From NCBI RefSeq assembly GCF_001194135.2, contig NC_068991.1:54400950-54464949 (forward strand): a DNA stretch of 64,000 nucleotides. Reading direction: 5' to 3'. Shown piece after piece: positions 26,621 through 38,080 of this stretch. Under the pieces are notes generated by a model that saw only the letters and a list, made by a program, of their open reading frames with translations, ran no database searches and had not been told where the DNA came from. Position 1 is the first letter of the stretch; the number at the start of each line of letters is the position of its first letter. This stretch comes from Octopus bimaculoides. Lineage: Eukaryota. A program made the translations under genes and the position numbers.

Positions 26621-29525
26621 ATTTATTAAAAACTGTTGGTCAAAAACAAAATTGAATCAATCGTCAGTCAGATTATATCAAATATAAAAATGCTGGCATC
26701 ACATAAAAAGCATCCATGCTGGCACCATGTAAATAGTGTGTGTGTGTGTGTATGAACATATACATGTATATTTAGTTGCCCATGAGATTGTTTCTAATAT
26801 TGGGAGGTTTTTTTATATCATCTTGTTGAACTGCTAATTTCTTTGTACAATAAAAGCATGAACACCATTTACAAATTGATTAAATTCCATGAGATTATGA
26901 AGCAGTACTGATAAAGACTGTAAAGAGACATTAAACAGAAACCACACCATTCTTTAGACTCTCGACAAAAACATAACGTGTGAAGGTATGTAGCCTTGTG
27001 GTTAGCATGTCAGACTTGCAATCATTATATTTTGGGTTCTATTCTTGGACCAGGTGGCTCATTGTATCCTGGAATAAAAATTTTTATTCCACATTTCTCC
27101 ACTCCAATGGACTGGTGTCTCCTTCAGGCTGGGAGGATCAGCCTCACAAATCCAGATAAGCTCTATCCAAAAGTGTTAGAATTAGGATTAAGGCAGACAT
27201 ATAGAAAGCCAGAAGGACTTGCTGGGTTATGGTTGAGGCAGATATAAAAAGATGGAAGGATTTGGAAGATTGAGGCAGACTGAAAGAAAACCAAACAGTT
27301 GGCTGAATTGTTAAAGCATTAGATAAATTGCTTAGATGTAATTGTTCCAGCTTTCTGTACACTGAGGTAATTTTTTTTTTGCCTTTTATCCTTTCAGGGG
27401 TCAATAAATAAAACATCAGTGGGGTCGATTTTTTCTTTTTTTCTCACACTTTCTCTTCTGGAGATAATCAGCTGTGGTCAAACCTGAAGAGGAATGGGCT
27501 CTGTCAGGTCTAACAGTGCTCAAGACATGCTGTATGTCACAACATCACCCCTATGATTTCATCAAAGAGTTAAGGGCTGCTCTTAGCATATATGACATAT
27601 ATACGTGTGCATATATGCACATGCATATACACACATACATCATGGTATAAACATGACATACACACACAGACATATAAAAAAAAAGTAAAGTTCCTTACCA
27701 AGTCTTGTAGACTCATAAGGGCTGGTTTCTCAGTTTCCCTGGCTTATGTATTCCCCACCTGGATGGGATGCCAGTCCATCACAGGATTACTTATTTTTGC
27801 TAGCTGAGTGGACTGGAGCAATGAGAAATAAAGTGTTTTGCCCAAGAACACAACGTGTCACCTGGTCCAGGAATTGAAACCACAACCTTGCAATCATAAA
27901 TCCAACACCCTAATCGCTAAGCCACATGCTTCAACCCACAGCATGACATATACATGCAGACATACACACAGACATAGATATATACACACACACATGCATA
28001 TACACATATGCATCATGGCATGGTATTAGCATGACATATACATGCAGACATACACACACATATATGCACATTGTAGAAAACTTTGATAAAAGGATTTATT
28101 TTACTAAAATATGACAGTATCTTTTCCCTTTAACCTATGTTCATTAATTTAATTAATGTTGATGTGAACAACTATTACTTTGATCTATTGTAGTTTTCCA
28201 TTAAACTATTTTCGATCAATTGTTTATCAATAATCAATAGTGTTCAATAAATTAACACCAAACTATAAAAAATAAAAAAATACCTCCTGTGTTTGGTTCT
28301 ACTGCATATCACTTTGTGTATATAGATTCCATATATTAATATACACAAATGTACACACACATATACACACACAAATGTACATACACATGTACACATACAT
28401 ATACTTCAATAGTTTCAAAATATACTATACATATCCCCCTTTATATTTACTACAATACACATACACACTCGTGTGTGTGCATGCATGTGTCTGTCTGACT
28501 GTGTTAGAATGGAAGGATTCAAACCTACAGTATGTTATGGTATTCAGAAATTATCATTGCTAACAGGACAAGTAGAAATTCCATGTTTGGTAAAGTTTCT
28601 TATTATTGATGCATAATTTTATACATCTTCATAACACTGCTGCCTTATGTTAAAACTTATGTCTTAGAAGTACCGCCATAGTTAAAATTGTTGAAAGTGA
28701 ACAGAGAGTCATTTAGGAGCCTAAGCTTACATATTTAATGGTGTTGAAAGCATAACACACAAACTTGTATCCTAATATTAAAAATCTTGAAGGCAGCAAG
28801 CTGGTAGAACCATTAACACTCTGGGAAAAATGCTTAGTGGCATTTCATCCATCTTTACATTCAGAGTTCAGATTCCACCAAGGTCAACTTTGCCTTTCAT
28901 CCCCTTGGGGTCGATAAAATATGTATCAGTTGAGCACTGGGGTTGATGTAATCGACTAACCCACTCACCTGAAATTCTGGCCTTGTGCCAAAATTTGAAA
29001 CCAATATTAAAAATTTTGGTTATGTCAATGATTTTGTTCCATAATTTAAAGTCGTTTGTCACTCAAACACTCAGAAATTGTGACATCAGGTATTATATAT
29101 CTATATATTGATTATAGGCTGGCAAAAGAATGATTAAGGTGTTTTATATAGAGTAGGAAGTTAAACGACAAAAAGGCTGTATTTCACGGATTGTTAGCTA
29201 TTGAGGGCAATGTCAAATGATATATAAAATACTGTCATGTTGTACATTTTTGTTCATAAAAAAATATATCATCCCAACTCATAAATAATGTGATGGTTTA
29301 AAAAATAAATTTAATATCAAATATAACATGTAATATAGAAAGTTATGTAAATGTATAGGCACAGGCATGGCTGTGTGGTAAGAAACTTGCTTCCCAACCA
29401 CATGATTCCAGATTCAGTCCCACTACATGGCACCGTGGGCAATTGTCTTCTACTATAGCCTCAGGTCAGCCAAAATGTTGTGAGTGGATTTGGTAGACAG
29501 AAACTGAAAGAAGCTTATTGTATGC

Positions 29526-29575
<50 letters not shown>

Positions 29576-32537
29576 ACAAAATCCAAAATTACAGGTAAAA
29601 AACTCAATTAAAATCAATTTATAAAAAATTAAAATTAAATTGAGCCTTTATAGATAGTGGNNNNNNNNNNATATATATATATTTGTGTATGTATCTTTGC
29701 TTGTTCCCCCTACCACCACACCATCACTTGACAATCGATGTTGGTGTGTTTATATCCCCATAACTTAGTGGTTTGGCAAAAGAGACTGATAGAATAAGTC
29801 CTGGGGTTGATTTGTTCAACTAAAACCTTTTAAGGCAGTGCTCCAGCATGGCCGCAGTCAAATGACAGGAATGTGTAAAAAAAAGGTAGAATAAAAGAAT
29901 ATAGAATATTATGTATAACACATATGTAATGTTGAAAATTATACATATGTATAACATACATATATTGGGTTCAAATTTTGGCACAAGGCCAAAATTCAGG
30001 GGAGCAGGTAAGACAATTACATCAACCCCAGTGCTCAACTGGTACTTATTTTATTGGCACCGAAAGGATGAAAGGCAAAGTCGACCTTGGTGGAATTTGA
30101 ACTCAGAATGTAAAAGCAGGTAAAATGCTGCTAACCATTTTGCCTAGCACAGTAATGATTCTGCCAGCTCCCTACCTTATAACATATGTATATTACAATA
30201 ATATTTTTGTCAAGCATTACTAAGAAAATCTAAAACCGTTTCATCCTCATTGTCCCTCCCATAAATTCTTATCATTACATCATCGCCAAGATCAGCAGCA
30301 GTGGAATAATTATTCTTTCAAATTTTGGCACAAGGCCAACAATTTAGAGGGGAGGGGCAAGCCTATTACATCAACCTCAATGCTCAATGGGTACTTATTT
30401 TATTGACTCTGAAAGGATAAAAGGCAAAGTTAGCCACGGTGGAATTTGAACTTAGAATGAACTAAGTCAGAAGAAATGCCACTAGACATGGTGTCTAATG
30501 TGCAAACAGTTCTACCAGCACTCTGCCTTGCAGCAGTGAAATAATAGTCATATAAGTGTTCCTATCTCTTCTTCACACCTCTGAATAAATTCTTTAAATA
30601 GTTATTCATCTTCAGTTCTCTGTAGTGCATTTCAGATATTCCACTTTGTGGAAGACTTAATAATATCAGTTTCAAATTTTGGCATAAGGCCAGTAAGTTT
30701 AGGAGAAGGGTTAAATCAGTTACATTGATCCCAGCACTCAACTGGTACTTATTTTATTGACCCCCAGTACTCAACTGGTACTTATTTTATCAACCCTAAA
30801 AGGATGAAAGATAAAGTCACCTTGGTGAAACTTGAACTCAGAACGTAAAGAGAGATGAAATGCCACTAAGCATTTTGCATAGCAAGCTAACAATTCTGCC
30901 AGCTCGGTGCTTTTAATTAAACTTTACAGTAATATCATTAGGAGTATACCCACTCCCTCTCTCTCTCTTTCAAATGTCTTTTATTCATTTAACAACTGCA
31001 TCTAGACCTGGGTGTTTTAATACTCCCTCCTCACACACACCTACACTCTTCTGTTCCTTGTTCACTAAAATCATGTACTCCATGGTTTTCCATCACATGC
31101 AATATCCAATGTTTGCAATATGAAAATAAGCACCATTATTCAGTCTCTTATATTTAGCTCTAGTATGTATGGCTCAGTAGTTCGGATGTTGGATTCATAA
31201 TAAAAAAAATTGTGGGTTTGATTCCAGGACTAAGCAATGCATTGTGTTCTTGACAAAAAACACTTCGCTTCACATTGCTCCAGTCCAATCAGCTGGTAAA
31301 AACGTAGAATCCTACAACAGACCAGTGTCCCACCTAGGGAGGGATAAATATACACCAGAGAAACCAGGAAACCAGTTCTATGTTCCTTACATATTAATAT
31401 GGACTAACCATAGCCACTCATCTTCAAGATTTTATTGTTTTCTTGTATCTTTTACTTGTTTCAGTCATTGAAAAGTGGCCACACTGGGGCACCGCTATGA
31501 AGAATTTAGTCAAACAAATCAGTGCCAGTACTTCTTTTATTTTTAAGTCTGGTACTTATTTTGTTGGACTCATTAAGTTACAGGGATGTAAATAAACCAA
31601 CACCAGTTGTCAAGCAGTGATGGAGCAGAGGAGAAACACAAAGATATATACAAACACACACACACACACACACATATATCACAGTTTCCATCAATTAAAT
31701 TCACTCACATAGCATTGTTCAGCCTGGAATAGAAGACACTTTCTCAAGGTGCCATGCAGTGGGAATGAACCTAAAACCACGTGGTTGCTAAGTGAGCCTC
31801 TTAACCACACAGCCATACCTATACCAAGGTCGACTTTTCCTTTCATCATTTCAGGGTTGATAAAATGAGCACCAGTTGAGCATTGGGGTCAATGTAATCG
31901 ACTTACTTCCCACACCCCACCAGAACTTGCTGGCCTTGTGCCAAAATTTGAAACTGTTATTTAGAAAATAAAATACCTTTTAACAATATGAATCACTTTT
32001 AAAAACTAAAACACGACACTAGAAATCTGATACAATGCTATAATGATACATCTTTTACTCATTCATTCATAAAAGTATTTAATTTGTGAAAATTCATTGA
32101 CAAAATGCCATGAGTAGATCCACCACCACCATCGCCACCACCACCTACATGACAGACAAAATAAACAAACAATACAAAATAACCACTCACATGTACCTGC
32201 CCACACCTGAATCTGAGAGAACCTGTAATTTCTGTTTGCGTTTAAGATCTAGTAACTAGAATCACACACATATTGGTATTGTCAGCCAACATTACACGCA
32301 CATACACACATGTATGCACGTGCACACACACACACACACGTGCACACACGCAAACACACACACACACACACAGAATACTGAATGGTTACATTTGGCATTT
32401 AGAATGTATTATGTACTACGTACTGAGGTCTTCTATGTTCATTAGATAAACTGGAAGCTGATTCTTATATTGTATTTTCAGGCAATGTATCAATGAGTAT
32501 AAACTGTAAATGTGTTCTATGTTTATATATATGTATG

Positions 32538-32584
<47 letters not shown>

Positions 32585-32624
32585 TTAAGGAATGGAGAAA
32601 ACGCATGTTATAATTGCATACTTT

Positions 32625-32710
32625 ATTCCTACATATGTTTCAAAGGATTACAACCTGTGTGATCCATAGGGATCTGTGATATTAAAATTGTAACCTTCTC
32701 TTCAGGGAAT
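32625..32710 (-). ncRNA. Minimal type I hammerhead ribozyme motif (Penelope-like element type), core intact
   Basis: Minus strand: AUUCC CUGAAGA GAAGG UUACAA [loop containing GAUCC-CUAU-GGAUC] UUGUAA U CCUUU GAAA CAUAUG UA GGAAU. 5 bp helix I, 11 bp helix II, palindromic ACAUAUGU helix III, GUA cleavage triplet. Confidence 0.8.
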
Positions 32711-32746
32711 GCATGGGAATCATCTTAAACGTAAGACATTTATTTT

Positions 32747-33654
32747 NNNNNNNNNNNNNNNNNNNNNNNNNNNNNNNNNNNNNNNNNNNNNNNNNNNNNN
32801 NNNNNNNNNNNNNNNNNNNNNNNNNNNNNNNNNNNNNNNNNNNNNNNNNNNNNNNNNNNNNNNNNNNNNNNNNNNNNNNNNNNNNNNNNNNNNNNNNNNN
32901 NNNNNNNNNNNNNNNNNNNNNNNNNNNNNNNNNNNNNNNNNNNNNNNNNNNNNNNNNNNNNNNNNNNNNNNNNNNNNNNNNNNNNNNNNNNNNNNNNNNN
33001 NNNNNNNNNNNNNNNNNNNNNNNNNNNNNNNNNNNNNNNNNNNNNNNNNNNNNNNNNNNNNNNNNNNNNNNNNNNNNNNNNNNNNNNNNNNNNNNNNNNN
33101 NNNNNNNNNNNNNNNNNNNNNNNNNNNNNNNNNNNNNNNNNNNNNNNNNNNNNNNNNNNNNNNNNNNNNNNNNNNNNNNNNNNNNNNNNNNNNNNNNNNN
33201 NNNNNNNNNNNNNNNNNNNNNNNNNNNNNNNNNNNNNNNNNNNNNNNNNNNNNNNNNNNNNNNNNNNNNNNNNNNNNNNNNNNNNNNNNNNNNNNNNNNN
33301 NNNNNNNNNNNNNNNNNNNNNNNNNNNNNNNNNNNNNNNNNNNNNNNNNNNNNNNNNNNNNNNNNNNNNNNNNNNNNNNNNNNNNNNNNNNNNNNNNNNN
33401 NNNNNNNNNNNNNNNNNNNNNNNNNNNNNNNNNNNNNNNNNNNNNNNNNNNNNNNNNNNNNNNNNNNNNNNNNNNNNNNNNNNNNNNNNNNNNNNNNNNN
33501 NNNNNNNNNNNNNNNNNNNNNNNNNNNNNNNNNNNNNNNNNNNNNNNNNNNNNNNNNNNNNNNNNNNNNNNNNNNNNNNNNNNNNNNNNNNNNNNNNNNN
33601 NNNNNNNNNNNNNNNNNNNNNNNNNNNNNNNNNNNNNNNNNNNNNNNNNNNNNN
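32747..33654. other. Assembly gap (largest of 11)
   Basis: N run. Others at 8951-8960, 13948-14021, 15990-16245, 29661-29670, 44762-44791, 50425-50655, 52004-52196, 52751-53272, 54586-54595 and 58888-58897, mostly abutting microsatellites. Confidence 1.
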
Positions 33655-33664
33655 TATATATATA

Positions 33665-33920
33665 TATATCGTCGTCGTCGTTTAACGTCCGCTTTCCATG
33701 CTAGCATGGGTTGGACGATTTGACTGAGGACTGGTGAAACCAGATGGCTACACCAGGCTCCAATCTGATTTGGCAGAGTTTCTACAGCTGGATACCCTTC
33801 CTAACGCCAACCACTCAGAGAGTGTAGTGGGTGCTTTTACGTGTCACCCGCACGAAGGCCAGTCAGCCGGTACTGGCAACGGCCACGCTCAAAATAGTGC
33901 ATTTCATGTGCCACCCGCCC
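33665..33920 (-). mobile_element. RTE 3' UTR-type repeat, minus strand, well preserved
   Basis: tcgtcgtttaacgtccgctttccatgctagcatgggttggacgatttgactgagg is the reverse complement of the 24430-24490 tail. Other minus copies near 21745-21930, 37540-37690 and 62950-63260. Confidence 0.8.
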
Positions 33921-34534
33921 AAAAAAAAAAAATAAAATCCTTATTATCATCTTCATTTTACAACTGCTTGTCTGTGCTAGCATGGGTTGCATGGGTCTTT
34001 TTAGTTGAGTCAGTTCTTATTCAGAGTTACTGTAGTCCTAAACGGGTTGGAGATAACATCCTTGTAGAACATTTTCTTTTTGGCATCATCTTTTTGGTTG
34101 ATTGCCCTCTGCCTGTCACCAATCACTCTACAGTGTTCAGCAGGTGTATTTCAGTGCAGTACCAACAAAGGTTGTCTCTGTTCATTCACTCACACCAAAG
34201 AAGTTGCTCAAATTCCTAACAAATCTAGAGAGTCTCCTTTCTCTGGTATTGTTTGTGTTAGTTCGTTTCTCTCTTTCTTTTTCCCCACACAACTAGGAGC
34301 ATAAAAAGGAACAGTTGTCATTGTATCAACATTATATTCCTACCGCCTGTCCTGTCGTATCAGGGATGTGATGAAAGATAGAAGGTGTGATAAAAAAGAA
34401 CCAGAGTGATAAGAGTGAGTGGAAGAGGGAGGAGGAAATAATAGACAAGCACCTGAGTAAGAGGATGGTGGGAAAGACAGCAACAGAGAAGAGTCAAAGT
34501 GGAAGGAGTAGGGAAATAAAGGAGAAGGTATGTG

Positions 34535-34631
<97 letters not shown>

Positions 34632-34834
34632 TAGAGTCAGTGGGACCTAAAAAAATTATATAGTGATAGGAGAGAGTATAAAATTGAAAGGAGAGAGAGG
34701 GAGATAGAAGAGCAGGTAATAGAAGAAAGAGGATGTTAGGAAAGGGTCAGGCTAGAAAAATGAGTAGGAGGGAGAGGAGTAGAGAATTAAAGAGGCTGAA
34801 AGCAGGATAAGGAGGAAAGAGAGAAAGAGAGAGG

Positions 34835-34875
<41 letters not shown>

Positions 34876-35069
34876 ACAAGAGTTCTGGGGATGGTGAGAG
34901 GTAGCCTTGAGGGTAAGTAAAAGAGATAGAAGAGAGGGTGATGACTGAGAGAACAATGGATTGAGAGGGAATGAGTAGGAATAAATGAGACAAATTAATG
35001 AAGTGTGAGACATTGGTAGACAGTAACAAGATTGTTGGTGGCAGGGTGACTAATATAAACATTTTTTGA

Positions 35070-35880
35070 GTCCATTTTTTTTACACTTGCATTGGTTGGC
35101 TAAGTCTCTTCAACTCAGGATTTCACCACTTGTCAGAGTCCTTTTAATCAGCCACTTGAAATCCGTTTTTATCATTTCTTCTCACACCTTCCTTGCTCTG
35201 CTTCTTCCACAGGTTCTCAGTTCTTCTAAACATTTCATTACGCAACTCACATTCTCCATATATATTGCATTCACATCCTTGCACTCACTACTCTCTTGCA
35301 TGCTACCGCTGATCCATCAGATTTCTAGTTTTCTTCTCAGCTAATCTCTGCTCTGCCATTCCTGTAGATAACATTGCACATCCATTAGAACATTTTCACC
35401 TTATTTATTTGCAACTTTCACAAATTCTCTGTACTTAAGGTCCCTGTTTTACTACCATACAACACTGTGTTTCATGCACCAGTATTCATAGAATCTGACT
35501 TTCAGTAAGAGCAAGAAAGCCTACCTGAGGTAGTCACTCCAGAACCTTTACATCCCAGCCTGGCAGCTATGCTTATAGAACATCCACTTCTATTTCTAAT
35601 CAGGTCACTATGTAACAAATGCTATCAACTACTTCTCGGGAGTTTTCTAGGCAGTTAAAAAAAGCTATTTCTTGATTACTTTTACACATAAAATTACTGT
35701 CACTGCTGTGCACTGCTGTGCACATCCAAGGCCTGTTTTATTTGTAAGCTTACCTGTGAACCCTTTGAACATCTGCAAAGTATATAGAGTACTGTATATA
35801 GAATTTCTGCCAATTCCTTTCAGTTACACTGAGCACAACCTCTTTCCAAATAGCAATAGACAGATGGCAATTCTGACTTT
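35070..35880 (-). mobile_element. RTE LINE 3' fragment, decayed
   Basis: Minus strand: GIGRNSI...EVVDSICY...VLYGSK..WMCNV...TCGRSRARK.EEMIK.D, typical of the RTE C-terminal part. Confidence 0.65.
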
Positions 35881-35929
35881 TTCCTCTTCAAACTAAAACT
35901 TTAATCTTTGCAAGATTATTATCATTGTT

Positions 35930-36400
35930 ATTAAGGCGGTAAGCTGGCAGAAACGTTAGCATGCTGGGCAAAATGCTTAGTGGTATTTCGTCTGCCGTTA
36001 CGTTCTGAGTTCAAATACTGCTGAGGTCGACTTTGCCTTTCATCCTTTCAGGGTCGATAAATTAAGTACCAATTATGCACTAGAGTCGATGTAATCGACT
36101 GAATCCCTTTGTCTGTCCTTGTTTGTCCCCTCTTTGTTTAGCCCCTTGTGGACAATAAAGAAATAAGAATTGTTAGCATGCTGGGTGAAATACTTATCGG
36201 TATTTCATCTGCCACTACATTCTGAGTTCAAATTCCACCGGGGTTGATTTTGCCTTTCATCTTTTCGCGGTCGATTAAATAAGTACCAGTTGCGAACTGC
36301 AGTCGATGTAATTGACTTAATCCCTTCCTCCAAATTTGAGGCTTTGTGTTTCCAGTAGAAAAGATTATCATTGTTATTGTTATTATTATTATATTTCCCA
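35930..36400 (+). mobile_element. Dimeric SINE family C ending about 60 nt upstream of the RyR exon at 36464
   Basis: Two tRNA-head/central-domain units joined by ccccttgtggacaataaagaaataagaa; (TTA)n tail. Confidence 0.85.
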
Positions 36401-36463
36401 TTAAATGCCAATTGTATTATCTTTGTTTAGCTCAATCATAATTTGGTTTTATTTTAATTTCAG

Positions 36464-36535
36464 GCCACACAATCAGGACATAGAACTCTTTTATATGGTC
36501 ATGCTGTTTTACTTCGACATCTTCACAGTAGCATG
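36464..36535 (+). CDS. RyR: Ryanodine receptor, exon equivalent to RYR1 exon 4 (72 nt, phase 0-0)
   Basis: ttttaatttcag acceptor, ATG/gtgagt donor. Translates ATQSGHRTLLYGHAVLLRHLHSSM (RyR GHRTLLYGHA.LLRH motif). Confidence 0.97.
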
Positions 36536-36724
36536 GTGAGTAATCTGCTCTTCATTGTTTTATTCTTATATTCTTTAGCTGGCCATGCTGGAGTACCATT
36601 TCCAAGGGTGCTCCAATCTCATTACTTGCTTCAGTTTAGTACTTATTTTATACAAAAAATGAAAACAAAGAGGCACAGCATAAACATAATTTTTAGATTA
36701 ATATAAACATAAAGAAATGGAGAT

Positions 36725-36761
<37 letters not shown>

Positions 36762-36836
36762 CATACACGCACACATATATATATATAAAAACGTACATGC
36801 ATATTTACTTGCACATATATACACACACATACATGC

Positions 36837-36871
<35 letters not shown>

Positions 36872-36997
36872 AGTGTGTCTACAAATATGTAAAATGTAAA
36901 ATGCTACAAAACATGAATTTTAAAATAAATTTGACCCTACTCACAATACATGTTTTATTGGTATTCTTAAATTTGTTAAAACAATAGCCTTATTTTA

Positions 36998-37076
<79 letters not shown>

Positions 37077-37679
37077 AGAGTCCATAAATTTGATATTTTG
37101 AGCCTATGTTATACAAATCAATAATGTAACCAGACAGGATTATTTATCTCCATCACTTCAACTTGCTCACTATACAAGGTTATTTGTAAATTATCATCAT
37201 CATCATCATCGTCATCATCGTTTAACATCCGTTTTTCATGTTGGCATAATGATAATAGATTAAAAAATGATTTTGTAGACATTTTACTTCAGTATTAGTA
37301 ACCAACTAAATTAGTTAACTTTATCACAGCATATAACATTCAATCCTTGAAAACAATGTTTGCTGCATGACAAGTTCTGTTTGTTTTACTCCAATTGATT
37401 ATCAATATATTAATAACAAAGAATTAATTCCATTGACTTTCAATCTAATGTGGGTCGTAGTAGTACAATGAATGATCACTCTCTTCTAACTTATTTATGT
37501 TCAACAGCTTAAAAACACAGAAACACTCTCATAATCATCATCTTTAAGAATCCATTTTCCATGCTAGAATGGCTTGGATAGTTAGTTAGGAACTGGCAAG
37601 GCCAGGAACCACATTAGGTTCCATAGTTTGTTTTGGCATGGTTTCTACAGCCCTTCCTAATGCCAACAAAGTGGACTGG

Positions 37680-38080
37680 GTGCTTTCTTTGTGGCACCAT
37701 CACCAGTGCTTTTTTTATGGCATCAGAAACAATGCTTTTTATGGGGCACTAGGACCAGTGCTTTCTATGTGGCACCAGCACCAGTGCTTTTTTTTTTTTG
37801 TCACACCAGCACCAGTACTTTTTGTGTGCATGCATGTGTGTGTGTGTGTGTGGAACCAGCACCACTGCAGGTGTTTTCTTTTGTGGCACCAGCACCAGTG
37901 CTTTTTTTTGTGGGACCAGCACTGGTGCCTTCTACGTGGCTCCATCACTAGTGATTTTTATGTGGCACCATCACCAGAGCTTTTTAAGTAGCACAATCAC
38001 CAGTGACTTTTACGTGGCACTACCACCAGTGCATTTTATATGGCACAAGCACCAATGCTCTTAAATGGCACCAGTATCAG
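37680..38080. repeat. Degenerate minisatellite, about 25-30 bp unit (tttt(t)atgtggcaccagcaccagtgc), roughly 13 copies
   Basis: Tandem expansion of an internal motif of the RTE-tail repeat it sits in. Confidence 0.8.

Noticed and set aside
32682-33723. Long ORFs (331-341 aa) and similar X-rich ORFs at 15891, 50247-50759, 51885 and 52562-53360
   Set aside because: They only span N gaps and (AT)n tracts; not real coding sequence.
37680-38080. Repeat array superficially like a CRISPR
   Set aside because: Eukaryotic intron, units are adjacent and degenerate with no unique spacers, and no cas genes.
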